DNA of 64,000 nucleotides, taken from positions 4,735 through 68,734 of the forward strand of contig JALZUS010000002.1 in assembly GCA_023299885.1 (NCBI GenBank), in the 5' to 3' direction. Numbering within the stretch: position 1 is the first letter of the stretch; each line of letters begins with the position of its first letter. The notes beneath the pieces are model-generated. The model searched no databases. It was not told the DNA's origin and saw only the letters and a list, made by a program, of their open reading frames with translations. Shown here piece by piece: positions 18,563 to 27,777 of this stretch. Origin of the DNA: Bdellovibrionales bacterium (lineage in GTDB: Bacteria; Bdellovibrionota; Bdellovibrionia; Bdellovibrionales; UBA1609). Made by a program: the position numbers and the translations under genes.

Positions 18563-19267
18563 ATGAGATGGGCAATACCTGAACTTGAAAAGATACTTAA
18601 ATTTTGCGATCAAAATCAAAGTCTAGCTGTTTTTGACCTAGACTCGACCCTTCTAGACGTAACTCCAAGGTCTATTCAAATTATTAAAGACTTTAAAAAT
18701 ACGGCTTCTTACAAATCTTTAACTGATGACGACAAAAATAATTATGCTCAAATAAACTATCAACACAGCGATTGGGGCCCTTCAGCTCCGCTCAAAAGAG
18801 CTTCTATGAGCAAAGAAGCTCATGATATGGTTTTTAAATTTTGGTGGTCTAAATTTTTTATTAATGATTATTTATCTTATGACATACCATATCCAGGAGC
18901 TCTTGATTATGTTCAAAAAATATTCTCAACGGGCTCTGACATAACCTATCTTACTGCACGAAAAAAACAGAACATGTTGGATGGGACCCTACAATCACTG
19001 CTGGATTTAAATTTCCCAATCAACAACAAGCAAACACGATGCGTACTTAAAGAAAAAGACCATAACGATCACACCTACAAATTAGATTGGTTAAAAAAAG
19101 AAATTCCAAAATACACTAAAATATTTTACTTTGAAAACGAAGCTAAAATAATTAATCATGTGCGAAGAGAGCTTCCTGAAGTTGAAATTATATTTATGGA
19201 TTCTATTCACTCTCAGGAAGATAGCTCCCCCGTAGGATTACCTACCCTACCTTGTAAGTTTAAATAA
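18563..19267 (+). CDS. HAD-superfamily hydrolase-like protein
   Basis: 234-aa ORF with HAD motif I, FDLDSTLLDV (DxDxT), near the N-terminus. There is no Shine-Dalgarno sequence. TTGTAA-N17-AATAAT ends 5 nt before the ATG, so the transcript may be leaderless. Confidence 0.6.
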   Translation: MRWAIPELEKILKFCDQNQSLAVFDLDSTLLDVTPRSIQIIKDFKNTASYKSLTDDDKNNYAQINYQHSDWGPSAPLKRASMSKEAHDMVFKFWWSKFFINDYLSYDIPYPGALDYVQKIFSTGSDITYLTARKKQNMLDGTLQSLLDLNFPINNKQTRCVLKEKDHNDHTYKLDWLKKEIPKYTKIFYFENEAKIINHVRRELPEVEIIFMDSIHSQEDSSPVGLPTLPCKFK

Positions 19268-20966
19268 TATTGTTTTCTTCGGCCATTTTATTAATAGGGA
19301 GGTATTTAGGATAGAGCTGTAACAAGCCTTCTAAATTCTTATCTGAAGACGGAACTCTTTTTAATTTTATTTGAGCCCTAATACGACCCACTTTTGCTGA
19401 AACAGAATCAGGGTCTATGCTTGATACCTTTGTCCAAAATCTTAACGAGCATTCGAAGTCTTGAACTTCTTCGCAAAATTGAGCCTGCATTATACTAGGA
19501 AGCTTGTACTCATTAAGCCTGTTATTATCTATTGCATTACCTATAGTTATCAGAGCCTCGTCTCGAGAGTTAGATTCTTTCTCAACATAGGCGCTCAGAG
19601 CACCAAACAAAGGCTTTCCAGATGTCGGCCTTTCAAAAGATTTTATTTTTTCTCCAGCATGACTAAGCTGCCCTGATTTTACTAAACACAACACATCTAG
19701 CATTTGCAGAGTAAAGACTGGCACCTGAAGGCCAGATCTTATAATTTTTTGACAAAACTCCTTATTGAGGCTCACCCAAGATAAGGGTGCAACATCAATC
19801 ATTAAATTCTTTTTGTGATTTTGGCTTAAGTAAGGGTCTTCATCAATCAGCCCAACTAAAGACTCTGACAATGCCTCTGCATCACCATTTAGCATATGAA
19901 TGTATGAGCTTAGCAGCGACAACTCTTGCTTATATTGAACATGTCTTTTAGCCGACTGTAGAGCGCTACCTGCCATTTCTAAGTAAATAGCTTCCTTACT
20001 AAGACCATGCTGCTTAATAAGAGAAATAATATACATAATTAGGCTTGATTGATCTTGATTATCATACTTATAAGCCTTTTTAAAATAATCTGCTGATTCA
20101 GCAAACTGGTTTTTATAAAACTGTATAACACCTATGTTAAAAAGTGCTGGCATATACCTAGGGTTTATTCCTAAAGCCTGCTTAAAATTTTTATCAGCAA
20201 AACGAACTTCACCCTCAAGTAAAGAGACAAGCCCCATACCCACTAATGACTTATATTGATTTGATTTGTCAGCGCCCATAGCCTCATTAAAGGCCCTAGA
20301 GGCTGATACCGTCTGTTTATCATTAAGAAGCAAGGCTGCGTAAAAAATCAAAGATTCAGAGCTTAATTCGGTTTGCATATTATTAAAAGACTCTAAAGAT
20401 TTTTTATATTGGCCACTATTATAATAAGAAAGTGCTTGCTGCTCATGATTGATTTCTTGGCTAGAAGCCACTGGTTGCGATTCTTTTTTTGAGATCAACA
20501 AAACATAGGCTAAGATCGTGACTGTTAGGCCTAAAAAAATCCATATAGGCCACAAACCTTTTTTTGCTTTTTTATTAGCATACTTTGAACTTCCATAATG
20601 GCTTTGCACAGATGGCGTTTCAGAACTTAAAACCTCAACAGCAGATATATGCTTTTTATCTTTTCCTTCAAAAAGTTCAGAATTATTAATTCTTGCCATA
20701 GAAGATGTATATGAAAGGCTTGAGGAATAACGATTAACTGTTTCGGTATTTTCATCATCAGAAATTAGGTCTTGTTTTCTTAGCTTTTCTACAATGTTTG
20801 CAAACATAGGGCAGTCTCTTAAAAAAGCCCAATGCCCTCCAGGAAAGACAACCTCATCAATTACTTTTAATTCACGCTGCAATAATAATTTTTTTGTTTT
20901 TTCGTAAGTATAGGGGCCTAAAATAAAGCCACCCTTTCTTAGTAAGCAAAGATCTTTATTATCCAC
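19260..20966 (-). CDS. GYF-domain / TM / TPR-repeat protein
   Basis: 568-aa ORF. It has an N-terminal GYF_2-like domain (GGFILGPYTYEKTKKLLLQRELKVIDEVVFPGGHWAFL), a TM helix (LWPIWIFLGLTVTILAYVLLI) and then TPR-like repeats (ALSYYNSGQYKKSLESF, NIGVIQFYKNQFAESADYFKKAYKYD). It lies 24 nt downstream of the MCE gene. Confidence 0.7.
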   Translation of the reverse strand: MDNKDLCLLRKGGFILGPYTYEKTKKLLLQRELKVIDEVVFPGGHWAFLRDCPMFANIVEKLRKQDLISDDENTETVNRYSSSLSYTSSMARINNSELFEGKDKKHISAVEVLSSETPSVQSHYGSSKYANKKAKKGLWPIWIFLGLTVTILAYVLLISKKESQPVASSQEINHEQQALSYYNSGQYKKSLESFNNMQTELSSESLIFYAALLLNDKQTVSASRAFNEAMGADKSNQYKSLVGMGLVSLLEGEVRFADKNFKQALGINPRYMPALFNIGVIQFYKNQFAESADYFKKAYKYDNQDQSSLIMYIISLIKQHGLSKEAIYLEMAGSALQSAKRHVQYKQELSLLSSYIHMLNGDAEALSESLVGLIDEDPYLSQNHKKNLMIDVAPLSWVSLNKEFCQKIIRSGLQVPVFTLQMLDVLCLVKSGQLSHAGEKIKSFERPTSGKPLFGALSAYVEKESNSRDEALITIGNAIDNNRLNEYKLPSIMQAQFCEEVQDFECSLRFWTKVSSIDPDSVSAKVGRIRAQIKLKRVPSSDKNLEGLLQLYPKYLPINKMAEENNII

Positions 20967-20990
20967 AACTCATCCTTTAGTTGAAAAGAT

Positions 20991-22367
20991 TTATTTAAAT
21001 GACAGAAGTGAGCCTAATGTCGATAGATCATCGTTAGTGATGTATATGCCGCCACCAACAAAACCCGTCCTAAGATCATTATCTGTTAAGCTATCGCCAC
21101 CAGCCATAAAGTAAAGTCCTTTTGCTACTTCGTAGCGCACAAAAGCACGAAGATTAAAGTCTTCATAGTTATAGCCTTCTACCGAAAGCCTCAAACGATC
21201 AAAAAATGTATAATCTAATCCAGCTCCAGGCTCATTTTCAAAGATACCCGCTCTAATTGTCCAATTATAAATGTTTCTATTGTACTGAGCATTTATTCGC
21301 AATCGGTCTCTATCACTTCTATTTTGAACAACAGTTGTTGGAGCCCCACCATCTACAGTTGTTACAGTTTCAGTCTGTCTTAAAGAACCAAATTCATCTG
21401 AGGTTACACCTAGCAAGTAGTAACGATCTAAACCTGGTTTAATTCTTACATTGAGATGACTCTTAAGTAAGTCTCTATCAAAAAGAGCCTCTGATCTGTA
21501 ATCAAAAGCAAACTCTAAGTTTTTAGCACCACCAACAAAACTATTAAAGTTGCCAATAGCTTGATTTAAACCTTCAACAGTTTCTTCATCATTAATAAGT
21601 CGACCAATTGTGCCTTCACCATTGTTAATTCTGTTAGCGATTTCACTAACATCGCTTAGGCTTGAATCAAAACTTCTTAACCCATTCATGGCTTGGCCCC
21701 ATGACGAAGCAAAACCATTATCTGAAGTGTCTATCATTAGGCGGTTCAAGGTGCTTGTCATTGAATCCATTCTACCTATTATATCATTAATTCTGTTGCC
21801 ATTATCACCGCTAATTTGCGCTAAGTTTGCAGTAACAGCCTCTACATTAGATAAGATTCTACCTAATGTAGTTGAAGGGTCACCATTAGTAGCAGCCCTT
21901 TCAATGACTTCAGCTACGCCAGACAGCGAGTCTGCTATTTTACCAACCTGACTCATCACTTCATCCATTCCGCCAGAAGTAATATTGGTAGGAAGCTGCC
22001 CCTTCTTCATTAAAGGTAAAGCTAAGTCTTCAGTCTCGATACTTACATGCTTGTCACCAAGAATACCGTCAGACTTTAACTCAACCCTAGTGCTTCTATT
22101 AACAGGAACACTTCCCTTTACTTTTAAAAAGATTCTTGCGTTACCACCAATTAACTTAATGTCATCAATAACACCGACATTAATACCCGCCATTTTAATA
22201 GAACTGTTTTTTACTAAACCGCTAGCGTTGTCTATTTCAAACCAATATATGTTACTTTTAGTAAAAAAGCCTGGGCCCTCTGAAACCTTCATCGACATAA
22301 ACGAAACAAGCGCAAGCACAACGACAATAAGCCCGCCTACTTTAAATTCTGGTGTTTTAAATATCAT
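20991..22367 (-). CDS. MCE/MlaD-domain protein, large, with extended C-terminal region
   Basis: 458-aa ORF with an N-terminal TM helix and an MlaD/MCE domain (YWFEIDNASGLVKNSSIKMAGINVGVIDDIKL...ARIFLKV). It follows mlaE and mlaF. Confidence 0.8.
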   Translation of the reverse strand: MIFKTPEFKVGGLIVVVLALVSFMSMKVSEGPGFFTKSNIYWFEIDNASGLVKNSSIKMAGINVGVIDDIKLIGGNARIFLKVKGSVPVNRSTRVELKSDGILGDKHVSIETEDLALPLMKKGQLPTNITSGGMDEVMSQVGKIADSLSGVAEVIERAATNGDPSTTLGRILSNVEAVTANLAQISGDNGNRINDIIGRMDSMTSTLNRLMIDTSDNGFASSWGQAMNGLRSFDSSLSDVSEIANRINNGEGTIGRLINDEETVEGLNQAIGNFNSFVGGAKNLEFAFDYRSEALFDRDLLKSHLNVRIKPGLDRYYLLGVTSDEFGSLRQTETVTTVDGGAPTTVVQNRSDRDRLRINAQYNRNIYNWTIRAGIFENEPGAGLDYTFFDRLRLSVEGYNYEDFNLRAFVRYEVAKGLYFMAGGDSLTDNDLRTGFVGGGIYITNDDLSTLGSLLSFK

Positions 22368-22413
22368 TACCTATCCTTGTCTATTTCATTTTTGAGTTTT
22401 TACTCAATAGCTT

Positions 22414-23169
22414 TTAATTCTTTTTAAGACCTTTATCTACAAATCGCCTTACCAACTCTATGTCTGTATTTCTAAAATCTTCTGCCGTTCCTGACAGTAA
22501 AACCTTCCCTTTATCCAGCATAACTATATAATCACCTATGCGAAAGCCCGCCATTAAATCATGAGTAATAACAACTGAGGTCGTACCCACAGATGCTTTA
22601 TGAGTTTCTAATATTAAATCATCTACCATTTCAGTCAAAATAGGGTCTAGTCCTGTCGTAGGCTCATCATAAAGTAATATTTTTGGATCTAAAGCTAAAG
22701 CCCTTGCTAAGCCAACACGCTTCTTCATACCACCGCTGAGCTCTGCAGGAAGCTTTTTAAAGTGCTCCTTGCCCATTCCTGACATTTCAAGCTTTTGCAT
22801 GGCTATAGCCTTCTTCTCTTTGTAACTGAGATGAGGCCTATGCTCGTCGAGCGGAAATATAACATTTTGAAGCACATTCATATCATCAAACAAAGCCGCG
22901 TGCTGAAAAAGGACGCCAAGCTGGCATCTCATCTCTATAAGCTGCTTATTAGACATTTCCCATAAGTTTTTGCCTAGTACACTCACTTCACCACGCGTGG
23001 GCTTATGTAAACCCAAAATATGCTTAAGTAAAACACTTTTGCCTGTCCCAGAAAACCCAATAATAACCGTAAGTTTATCTTTAGGAATTTTAAGATCTAA
23101 ACCTTTAAGAACAAAAGTTTTTTCTTCATCAAAAGATTTGTAAATATCTTTAATTTCAATAGCTGACAT
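22414..23169 (-). CDS. mlaF: ABC transporter ATP-binding protein, MlaF-like
   Basis: 251-aa ORF with Walker A GFSGTGKS, signature LSGGMKKR and Walker B ILLYDEP. Confidence 0.88.
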   Translation of the reverse strand: MSAIEIKDIYKSFDEEKTFVLKGLDLKIPKDKLTVIIGFSGTGKSVLLKHILGLHKPTRGEVSVLGKNLWEMSNKQLIEMRCQLGVLFQHAALFDDMNVLQNVIFPLDEHRPHLSYKEKKAIAMQKLEMSGMGKEHFKKLPAELSGGMKKRVGLARALALDPKILLYDEPTTGLDPILTEMVDDLILETHKASVGTTSVVITHDLMAGFRIGDYIVMLDKGKVLLSGTAEDFRNTDIELVRRFVDKGLKKN

Positions 23170-23171
23170 AA

Positions 23172-23960
23172 TTACCTCGTCACCACATAAATAAAGCGAA
23201 ATATATTGGTCATAATAAAGTTAAAAACAATAATTAAAACCATACTGTTGACGACACCTTTGTTTGTTGCATCACCAACACCTTTAGCTCCACCCCGAGT
23301 ATAGAAGCCTACGTATGTGCTCACCATAGAAAACACAATCCCAAAAACTGCAGACTTTATTAAACCTTCACAAACATCACCAAAAGAAATCCATTGGCTT
23401 ATTTTATCAAAGTAAATAGCCTCATCAAGACCTAGTAAATGAACTGAAAAAATATAAGATCCAAACATTGCAACAAAATCAAAAACAGCGCAAAGCATTG
23501 GTAGAGTTAAAAAAGAAGCGATCAGCCTTGGACCTACTAGATACTGCTTTGGATTAATACCCATAACTTCTAGGGCATCAATTTGCTCTGAAACTCTCAT
23601 AGTCCCTAAGCGTGCAGCCATAGCCCCGCCTGCTCTTGCAGCAACAATAAGTCCAGTTAGCACAGGGCCAAGCTCTTTAAAAATACCCATAGCAACAGTA
23701 GGGCCCACTAAGTTAGTGGCGTTCACAAGATTAAAACCAATGTATATTTGAAAGGATAAAGCCATCCCCGTAAATGAACTTGTTAAAATAATAATGAGTA
23801 TAGATTTATTACCTACAAACTCCATATGTTTAATAATTTCCCCAAGCCGAGAAGGCTTTGAGAATGTAAGCGTTAAAGATTCCCAAAAAAAGAACACTGC
23901 TTTACCGCACTCTTCTAGAAGCTCAGCTATATAAATAAACATACGACTAACTAAGGCCAT
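23172..23960 (-). CDS. mlaE: ABC transporter permease, MlaE-like
   Basis: 262-aa ORF with the conserved MlaE block GPVLTGLIVAARAGGAMAARLGTMRVSEQIDALEVMGINP. Confidence 0.88.
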   Translation of the reverse strand: MALVSRMFIYIAELLEECGKAVFFFWESLTLTFSKPSRLGEIIKHMEFVGNKSILIIILTSSFTGMALSFQIYIGFNLVNATNLVGPTVAMGIFKELGPVLTGLIVAARAGGAMAARLGTMRVSEQIDALEVMGINPKQYLVGPRLIASFLTLPMLCAVFDFVAMFGSYIFSVHLLGLDEAIYFDKISQWISFGDVCEGLIKSAVFGIVFSMVSTYVGFYTRGGAKGVGDATNKGVVNSMVLIIVFNFIMTNIFRFIYVVTR

Positions 23961-25041
23961 TAATATACTTTCTTGGTACGCGCTGACTTATTCCCGTTAA
24001 CAGCTCGTAGGCAACAGTGCCCGCTTTATCGGCTAAATCATGCAGGCTTATTTCATCATTTTTTAACTGCCCCCACAACAAAACTTTGTCGCCAATATTC
24101 ACACTTACTGAAGTGATATCGACAATAATATAATCCATACAAACTCTGCCAATTATTTTAGCTTTTTTCTCATTAATTTTAACAAAACCCTTATTAGATA
24201 AAGCCCAAGGGTATCCATCAGCATAGCCTACACTCACGATAGCTATAGTTTTACTCTCATCAGCCACCCAAGTCTTGCCATAAGAGACTGGCTCGCCCTT
24301 ACTCACTTCTTTAATTAGGGCCACCTCAGACACAAAGTTCATAACAGGTTTTAATCCAAGCTTTTTAGCAAACTCACCAACCCCATACATAGCTAAACCA
24401 GGACGAACCCCAAAGCTATAAGTATTATCTTTTAAAGACATTAGGCCTTCACTATTTAAACTATGTAGATCCATATTTTGCCAACCATGTTTATCAGACA
24501 AACTCTTAAACTTTTTTAATGACTGACTGCTTGAAGAGCTTTCATCACTTAAAGTCTCCCCCATTGCTAAATGAGTACAAACCCCCGCTAAAGAAGCAGA
24601 AGTTTCTTTAAGTTTTGTTAAAGCTAATTCTATCTGGCATAGCTTTATCCCTAATCGATTCATTTCTATATCAATTTTTAAGTGGATATCAATTTTTTCT
24701 TTTAAGTGCTTAAGAAAGTCTATTTCCTCCAAGCTTGTAATCACCGGCGTAATCTTATGCTCTGCAATTAATGAAACTTGGTTTTCTTTAATTGGACCAA
24801 AGTGTAAAATATTTAAATCTATAGATTGCTCTCTAAGCTCTATAGCTTCTTCCAACAAAGCTACACCTACTGACTGGACACCTAAAGACTTCAACCTTTT
24901 TGCAACCCCTACAGCCCCATGCCCATAAGCATTCGCTTTTACCATTGGGCAAAAAAAGCAATCTCCAGCAAGTACCTGAAGTTTTTTAATATTATAATCT
25001 AAATGGCTAAGTTTAATCTCAGCATATGTGTCTCTATACAT
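23947..25041 (-). CDS. alr: Alanine racemase
   Basis: The ORF track extends to 25098. I prefer the ATG at 25041 (MYRDTYAEIKL...) because it abuts the upstream stop at 25044 instead of overlapping it by 55 nt. PLP-lysine motif MVKANAYGHG; C-terminal VCMDYIIVD. Confidence 0.9.
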   Translation of the reverse strand: MYRDTYAEIKLSHLDYNIKKLQVLAGDCFFCPMVKANAYGHGAVGVAKRLKSLGVQSVGVALLEEAIELREQSIDLNILHFGPIKENQVSLIAEHKITPVITSLEEIDFLKHLKEKIDIHLKIDIEMNRLGIKLCQIELALTKLKETSASLAGVCTHLAMGETLSDESSSSSQSLKKFKSLSDKHGWQNMDLHSLNSEGLMSLKDNTYSFGVRPGLAMYGVGEFAKKLGLKPVMNFVSEVALIKEVSKGEPVSYGKTWVADESKTIAIVSVGYADGYPWALSNKGFVKINEKKAKIIGRVCMDYIIVDITSVSVNIGDKVLLWGQLKNDEISLHDLADKAGTVAYELLTGISQRVPRKYINGLS

Positions 25042-25043
25042 AA

Positions 25044-25979
25044 TTATATTCTTGGCTCGTAATCTTTCATAAAGTTTACACCTCGTTGTGCAATACAAAT
25101 TTTTTGCCCCATAGCTTTAAAGCTTTGCTCACAAGCCTTGTTAGCAAGTAAAGCTAGGTCTTCAGCACTAGTACCGTGCTCTGGATATAAAGACAAACCT
25201 ATGCCAAAATCTATAGACGGACTGGCATGTAACTTAAAATAAAGTTCTTTAACAGCTTCTTTAATTTTGTAAGACCATAAAACAAGATCGTCTCTTTCTG
25301 AGTAATTTTTTAAAATAATAATATTTCCATTGTCGCCAATAAAAAAGTGGTCTGCAAAATTCATATTTTGAACTAATAGTTTCCTGAGCGATTTTAAAAA
25401 GAATGAGTCACCTTGATTTTTAGCTTTAATAAAAAAGCTAACTAAGCCAAAGCTGCTTTTTGTTTTTTTTGACCTTGAAATCTCGTTTTCTATTTTTGAT
25501 AGAAAATCTTTTTTAATATTTGTTTTTTCCGCTAAAGAGGACTGTTGGCTCATGTAATAAGATAGTAATTTTGTAGCTACAGACATATTTGTTATTTCAT
25601 CAGCATCAGAAAACCCTATAAATAAACCTGATATTTTCTGGCACACAGTAAGTACGGATGCCTCCACGTAAGGCATCTGATGAATATCTTGTAATCCATC
25701 ACATATTTTTTTAATTTCTTTTTTAAAGCCTTTTAAATTTGTACGTTCATCAATTTTAAGACCAGAAATTTTAGCATTAAGCCATAATGAGTTTTCAGGG
25801 CATAACTTATTTTGTGCTACAAGCGTAAACTGCCCAGAAAACTCGTTATATTCTAAGTAGTATACTAAGGTTTTTTTAAACGAATCTAAAAAAATATCAC
25901 CAAGTCGGCCAGCTCCTGTACATACAGCAAGCTGACTCTCTAGCTGAGTAAAGAAATTTTTATTAAAGCTTAGGTTCAT
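25044..25979 (-). CDS. GAF-like / degenerate GGDEF-domain protein (catalytically inactive by motif)
   Basis: 311-aa ORF. Residues about 150-300 follow the GGDEF fold pattern (FGLVSFFIKAKNQGDSFFLKSL...ADHFFIGDNGNIIIL...DFGIGLSLYP...LALLANKACEQSFKAMGQ). GGDEF is replaced by GDNGN, the DxD..FK metal site by FFIKAK, and the RxxD I-site by NFAD. The start overlaps the upstream stop by 1 nt. Confidence 0.6.
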   Translation of the reverse strand: MNLSFNKNFFTQLESQLAVCTGAGRLGDIFLDSFKKTLVYYLEYNEFSGQFTLVAQNKLCPENSLWLNAKISGLKIDERTNLKGFKKEIKKICDGLQDIHQMPYVEASVLTVCQKISGLFIGFSDADEITNMSVATKLLSYYMSQQSSLAEKTNIKKDFLSKIENEISRSKKTKSSFGLVSFFIKAKNQGDSFFLKSLRKLLVQNMNFADHFFIGDNGNIIILKNYSERDDLVLWSYKIKEAVKELYFKLHASPSIDFGIGLSLYPEHGTSAEDLALLANKACEQSFKAMGQKICIAQRGVNFMKDYEPRI

Positions 25980-27724
25980 TATATCTGAGCCTCTTCTTCT
26001 TGTGCCAGTATAATATCTACATCTTTAGCTACAGGAACCGAAAAGTTAACTTCAAAGCCATTTACAATATCTTTGATTTCATAATCACCATAAATTTGAG
26101 AAAGATAAGCTAAGCTAGCTCTAATAGAAAACCACAAAGACTCGCCCTTACTATCTGGCGACATCAAGAACCTCTCTACATTTTCTTTAGACCAGTCTTC
26201 AGAAAAGACAGAAAGCACTAAGTTGCAATTTAAGTCGGTTAATTCTGTTTTTATTGAAGCACTTTTTTTAATTTGAGCATTTTGAGTATAGTTTGCAAAC
26301 TTTAGCCAGCTGTCAAAAAATAAGCTCCAAGATGAAGACGACCCTTTAATATAGGTTTCTGACTTAACATCAGAGTTAAGTTGAAAATCTGAATAATGAC
26401 TATTCGTCATTATTTCAGTTTTAACTTCTTGAATGAACTGACTAAACTCAGTTGCACTCTTTTGAGACTGAGTATAAGAAAATAAATTAAGCTCAGAAGC
26501 TACTTCTTTTAGTTTTGTAATTTCTTTTTTTGCATTTTTAATATGCTTTTTAGACTCACCAAAGTCCTTTTCACTTAACGACCACTCTATCTCACCCAAC
26601 AAAGAGCTTACAGGCCTTTTAATTCTGTCAGACAATACAGATCCCATCACTTGAAGCTGCTTTAAGCTATCCATTTGCTGAGCCTCATCAATACTTTTTT
26701 GACTCATAAAAAGCTTACTATCAATTTCAGAAAGCTTAGCTTGTGCCTCCGGTGCTAGATAATGGCCACTCATAAAGCTTGGTACGCCTTTATCTTCTGA
26801 AACCGATTCTATAGCTGTAAATAAATCGTCTCTAAACATAAGTTCATCTGAATAAAGCCACCACAAGAAATAACCAAAAAATAATAAACTAAACAGAAAA
26901 CCTAAAATTATAAAACCTATTGGCAAAGTTGACCAAAAACTTGACTTAACCTCTTTCTGCAAAGCAAGGGTTAAATTAGAGCCTTCTATAGATTCAAAAA
27001 CAGTCACTAAATTAGCCCCTCGGCTAGACTTTACAGTGAGCATATCTCTGTTTAATTGAGAGTCTGCCATATAGCGCCCTAAACTTGTATTAGATACGAC
27101 GCCGCCAATATATTCTGGCTCTGGATACCCTACAAGATGAGTTTTATTGGCAATCAATTTAAAGTCTGAACCTACCGAAGCAAAAGCCTCAGAAAAAACA
27201 TTAAGTGGCAATAGGCCCGCAACCCCTTTACCGTCTTCAGGGTAAGTGACCACTAAAAAAGATTCCCTATTGTTTTTATAAATATCAATTTCAATGGCTG
27301 TATTTTTTTGTATTGTTTTTTTTGAAATAAAAGAAATCAAAGAGAGCTCATCTATTTTTTTATTCATTTTGTTTTTTAAAAATACATTTTTAACTATAGG
27401 CTTATTATTACTAGATCTATCAAAATATATAGACGCAATAAAAGGACTAGGAAGAGAGCTTATGCTCGAAGATGTTAAATCTACTTTATGGCTCGCTAAA
27501 GAGTTCTCTAAGTTTTTGAGATAAAGATCTATAAATTGTTTTTGATGAGCTAAGTTTTGCTGTAAATTTTGTGACTCAATTAAATTGATTTTTTGAATAT
27601 GACCCTTAGAACTAAAGTAAAGACTTGATGTCAGCGTTGAGGCGGCTATAAAAAACATTAACACTAAAAATAAAATACTTTTTCTCATACCTAATATGGT
27701 ATGTTCTGCATGATTTTGTAGCAA
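25979..27724 (-). CDS. Membrane sensor with periplasmic Cache-like domain and degenerate histidine-kinase core (pseudo-kinase)
   Basis: 581-aa ORF (alternative start MRKSILF at 27688). Two TM helices flank a periplasmic domain of about 230 aa (FLVVTYPEDGKGVAGLLPLNVF). The cytoplasmic part follows the HisKA/HATPase_c pattern but lacks the key residues. The H-box is VLSDRIKRPVSSLLGEIE (Asp in place of His), the G1 region is VFSEDWSKE and the G2 region is ESLWFSIRAS. It ends with a GFEVNFSVPV-type strand. Confidence 0.55.
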   Translation of the reverse strand: MLQNHAEHTILGMRKSILFLVLMFFIAASTLTSSLYFSSKGHIQKINLIESQNLQQNLAHQKQFIDLYLKNLENSLASHKVDLTSSSISSLPSPFIASIYFDRSSNNKPIVKNVFLKNKMNKKIDELSLISFISKKTIQKNTAIEIDIYKNNRESFLVVTYPEDGKGVAGLLPLNVFSEAFASVGSDFKLIANKTHLVGYPEPEYIGGVVSNTSLGRYMADSQLNRDMLTVKSSRGANLVTVFESIEGSNLTLALQKEVKSSFWSTLPIGFIILGFLFSLLFFGYFLWWLYSDELMFRDDLFTAIESVSEDKGVPSFMSGHYLAPEAQAKLSEIDSKLFMSQKSIDEAQQMDSLKQLQVMGSVLSDRIKRPVSSLLGEIEWSLSEKDFGESKKHIKNAKKEITKLKEVASELNLFSYTQSQKSATEFSQFIQEVKTEIMTNSHYSDFQLNSDVKSETYIKGSSSSWSLFFDSWLKFANYTQNAQIKKSASIKTELTDLNCNLVLSVFSEDWSKENVERFLMSPDSKGESLWFSIRASLAYLSQIYGDYEIKDIVNGFEVNFSVPVAKDVDIILAQEEEAQI

Positions 27725-27777
27725 TAAAAAATAGTATTAAACTTTGCAGACTCATTGCATTAGGATATGTTGATAAT

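Noticed and set aside
21610-22395. Plus-strand ORFs of 113 aa and 136 aa (21610..21951 and 21985..22395) opposite the MCE gene
   Set aside because: They are fully antisense to a well-supported MCE-domain CDS. Their composition (Leu/Ser/Pro-rich) is typical of antisense frames in AT-rich genes, and no RBS or domain is visible.
24985-25098. N-terminal extensions offered by the ORF track for alr (to 25098), coaE (to 49347), recN (from 54977), nuoB (to 2889) and the sensor (to 27724)
   Set aside because: The extensions create long overlaps with neighbouring genes or add non-homologous residues before canonical family N-termini. Internal ATGs restore normal N-termini, except for the sensor, which I left at the ORF limit and flagged.
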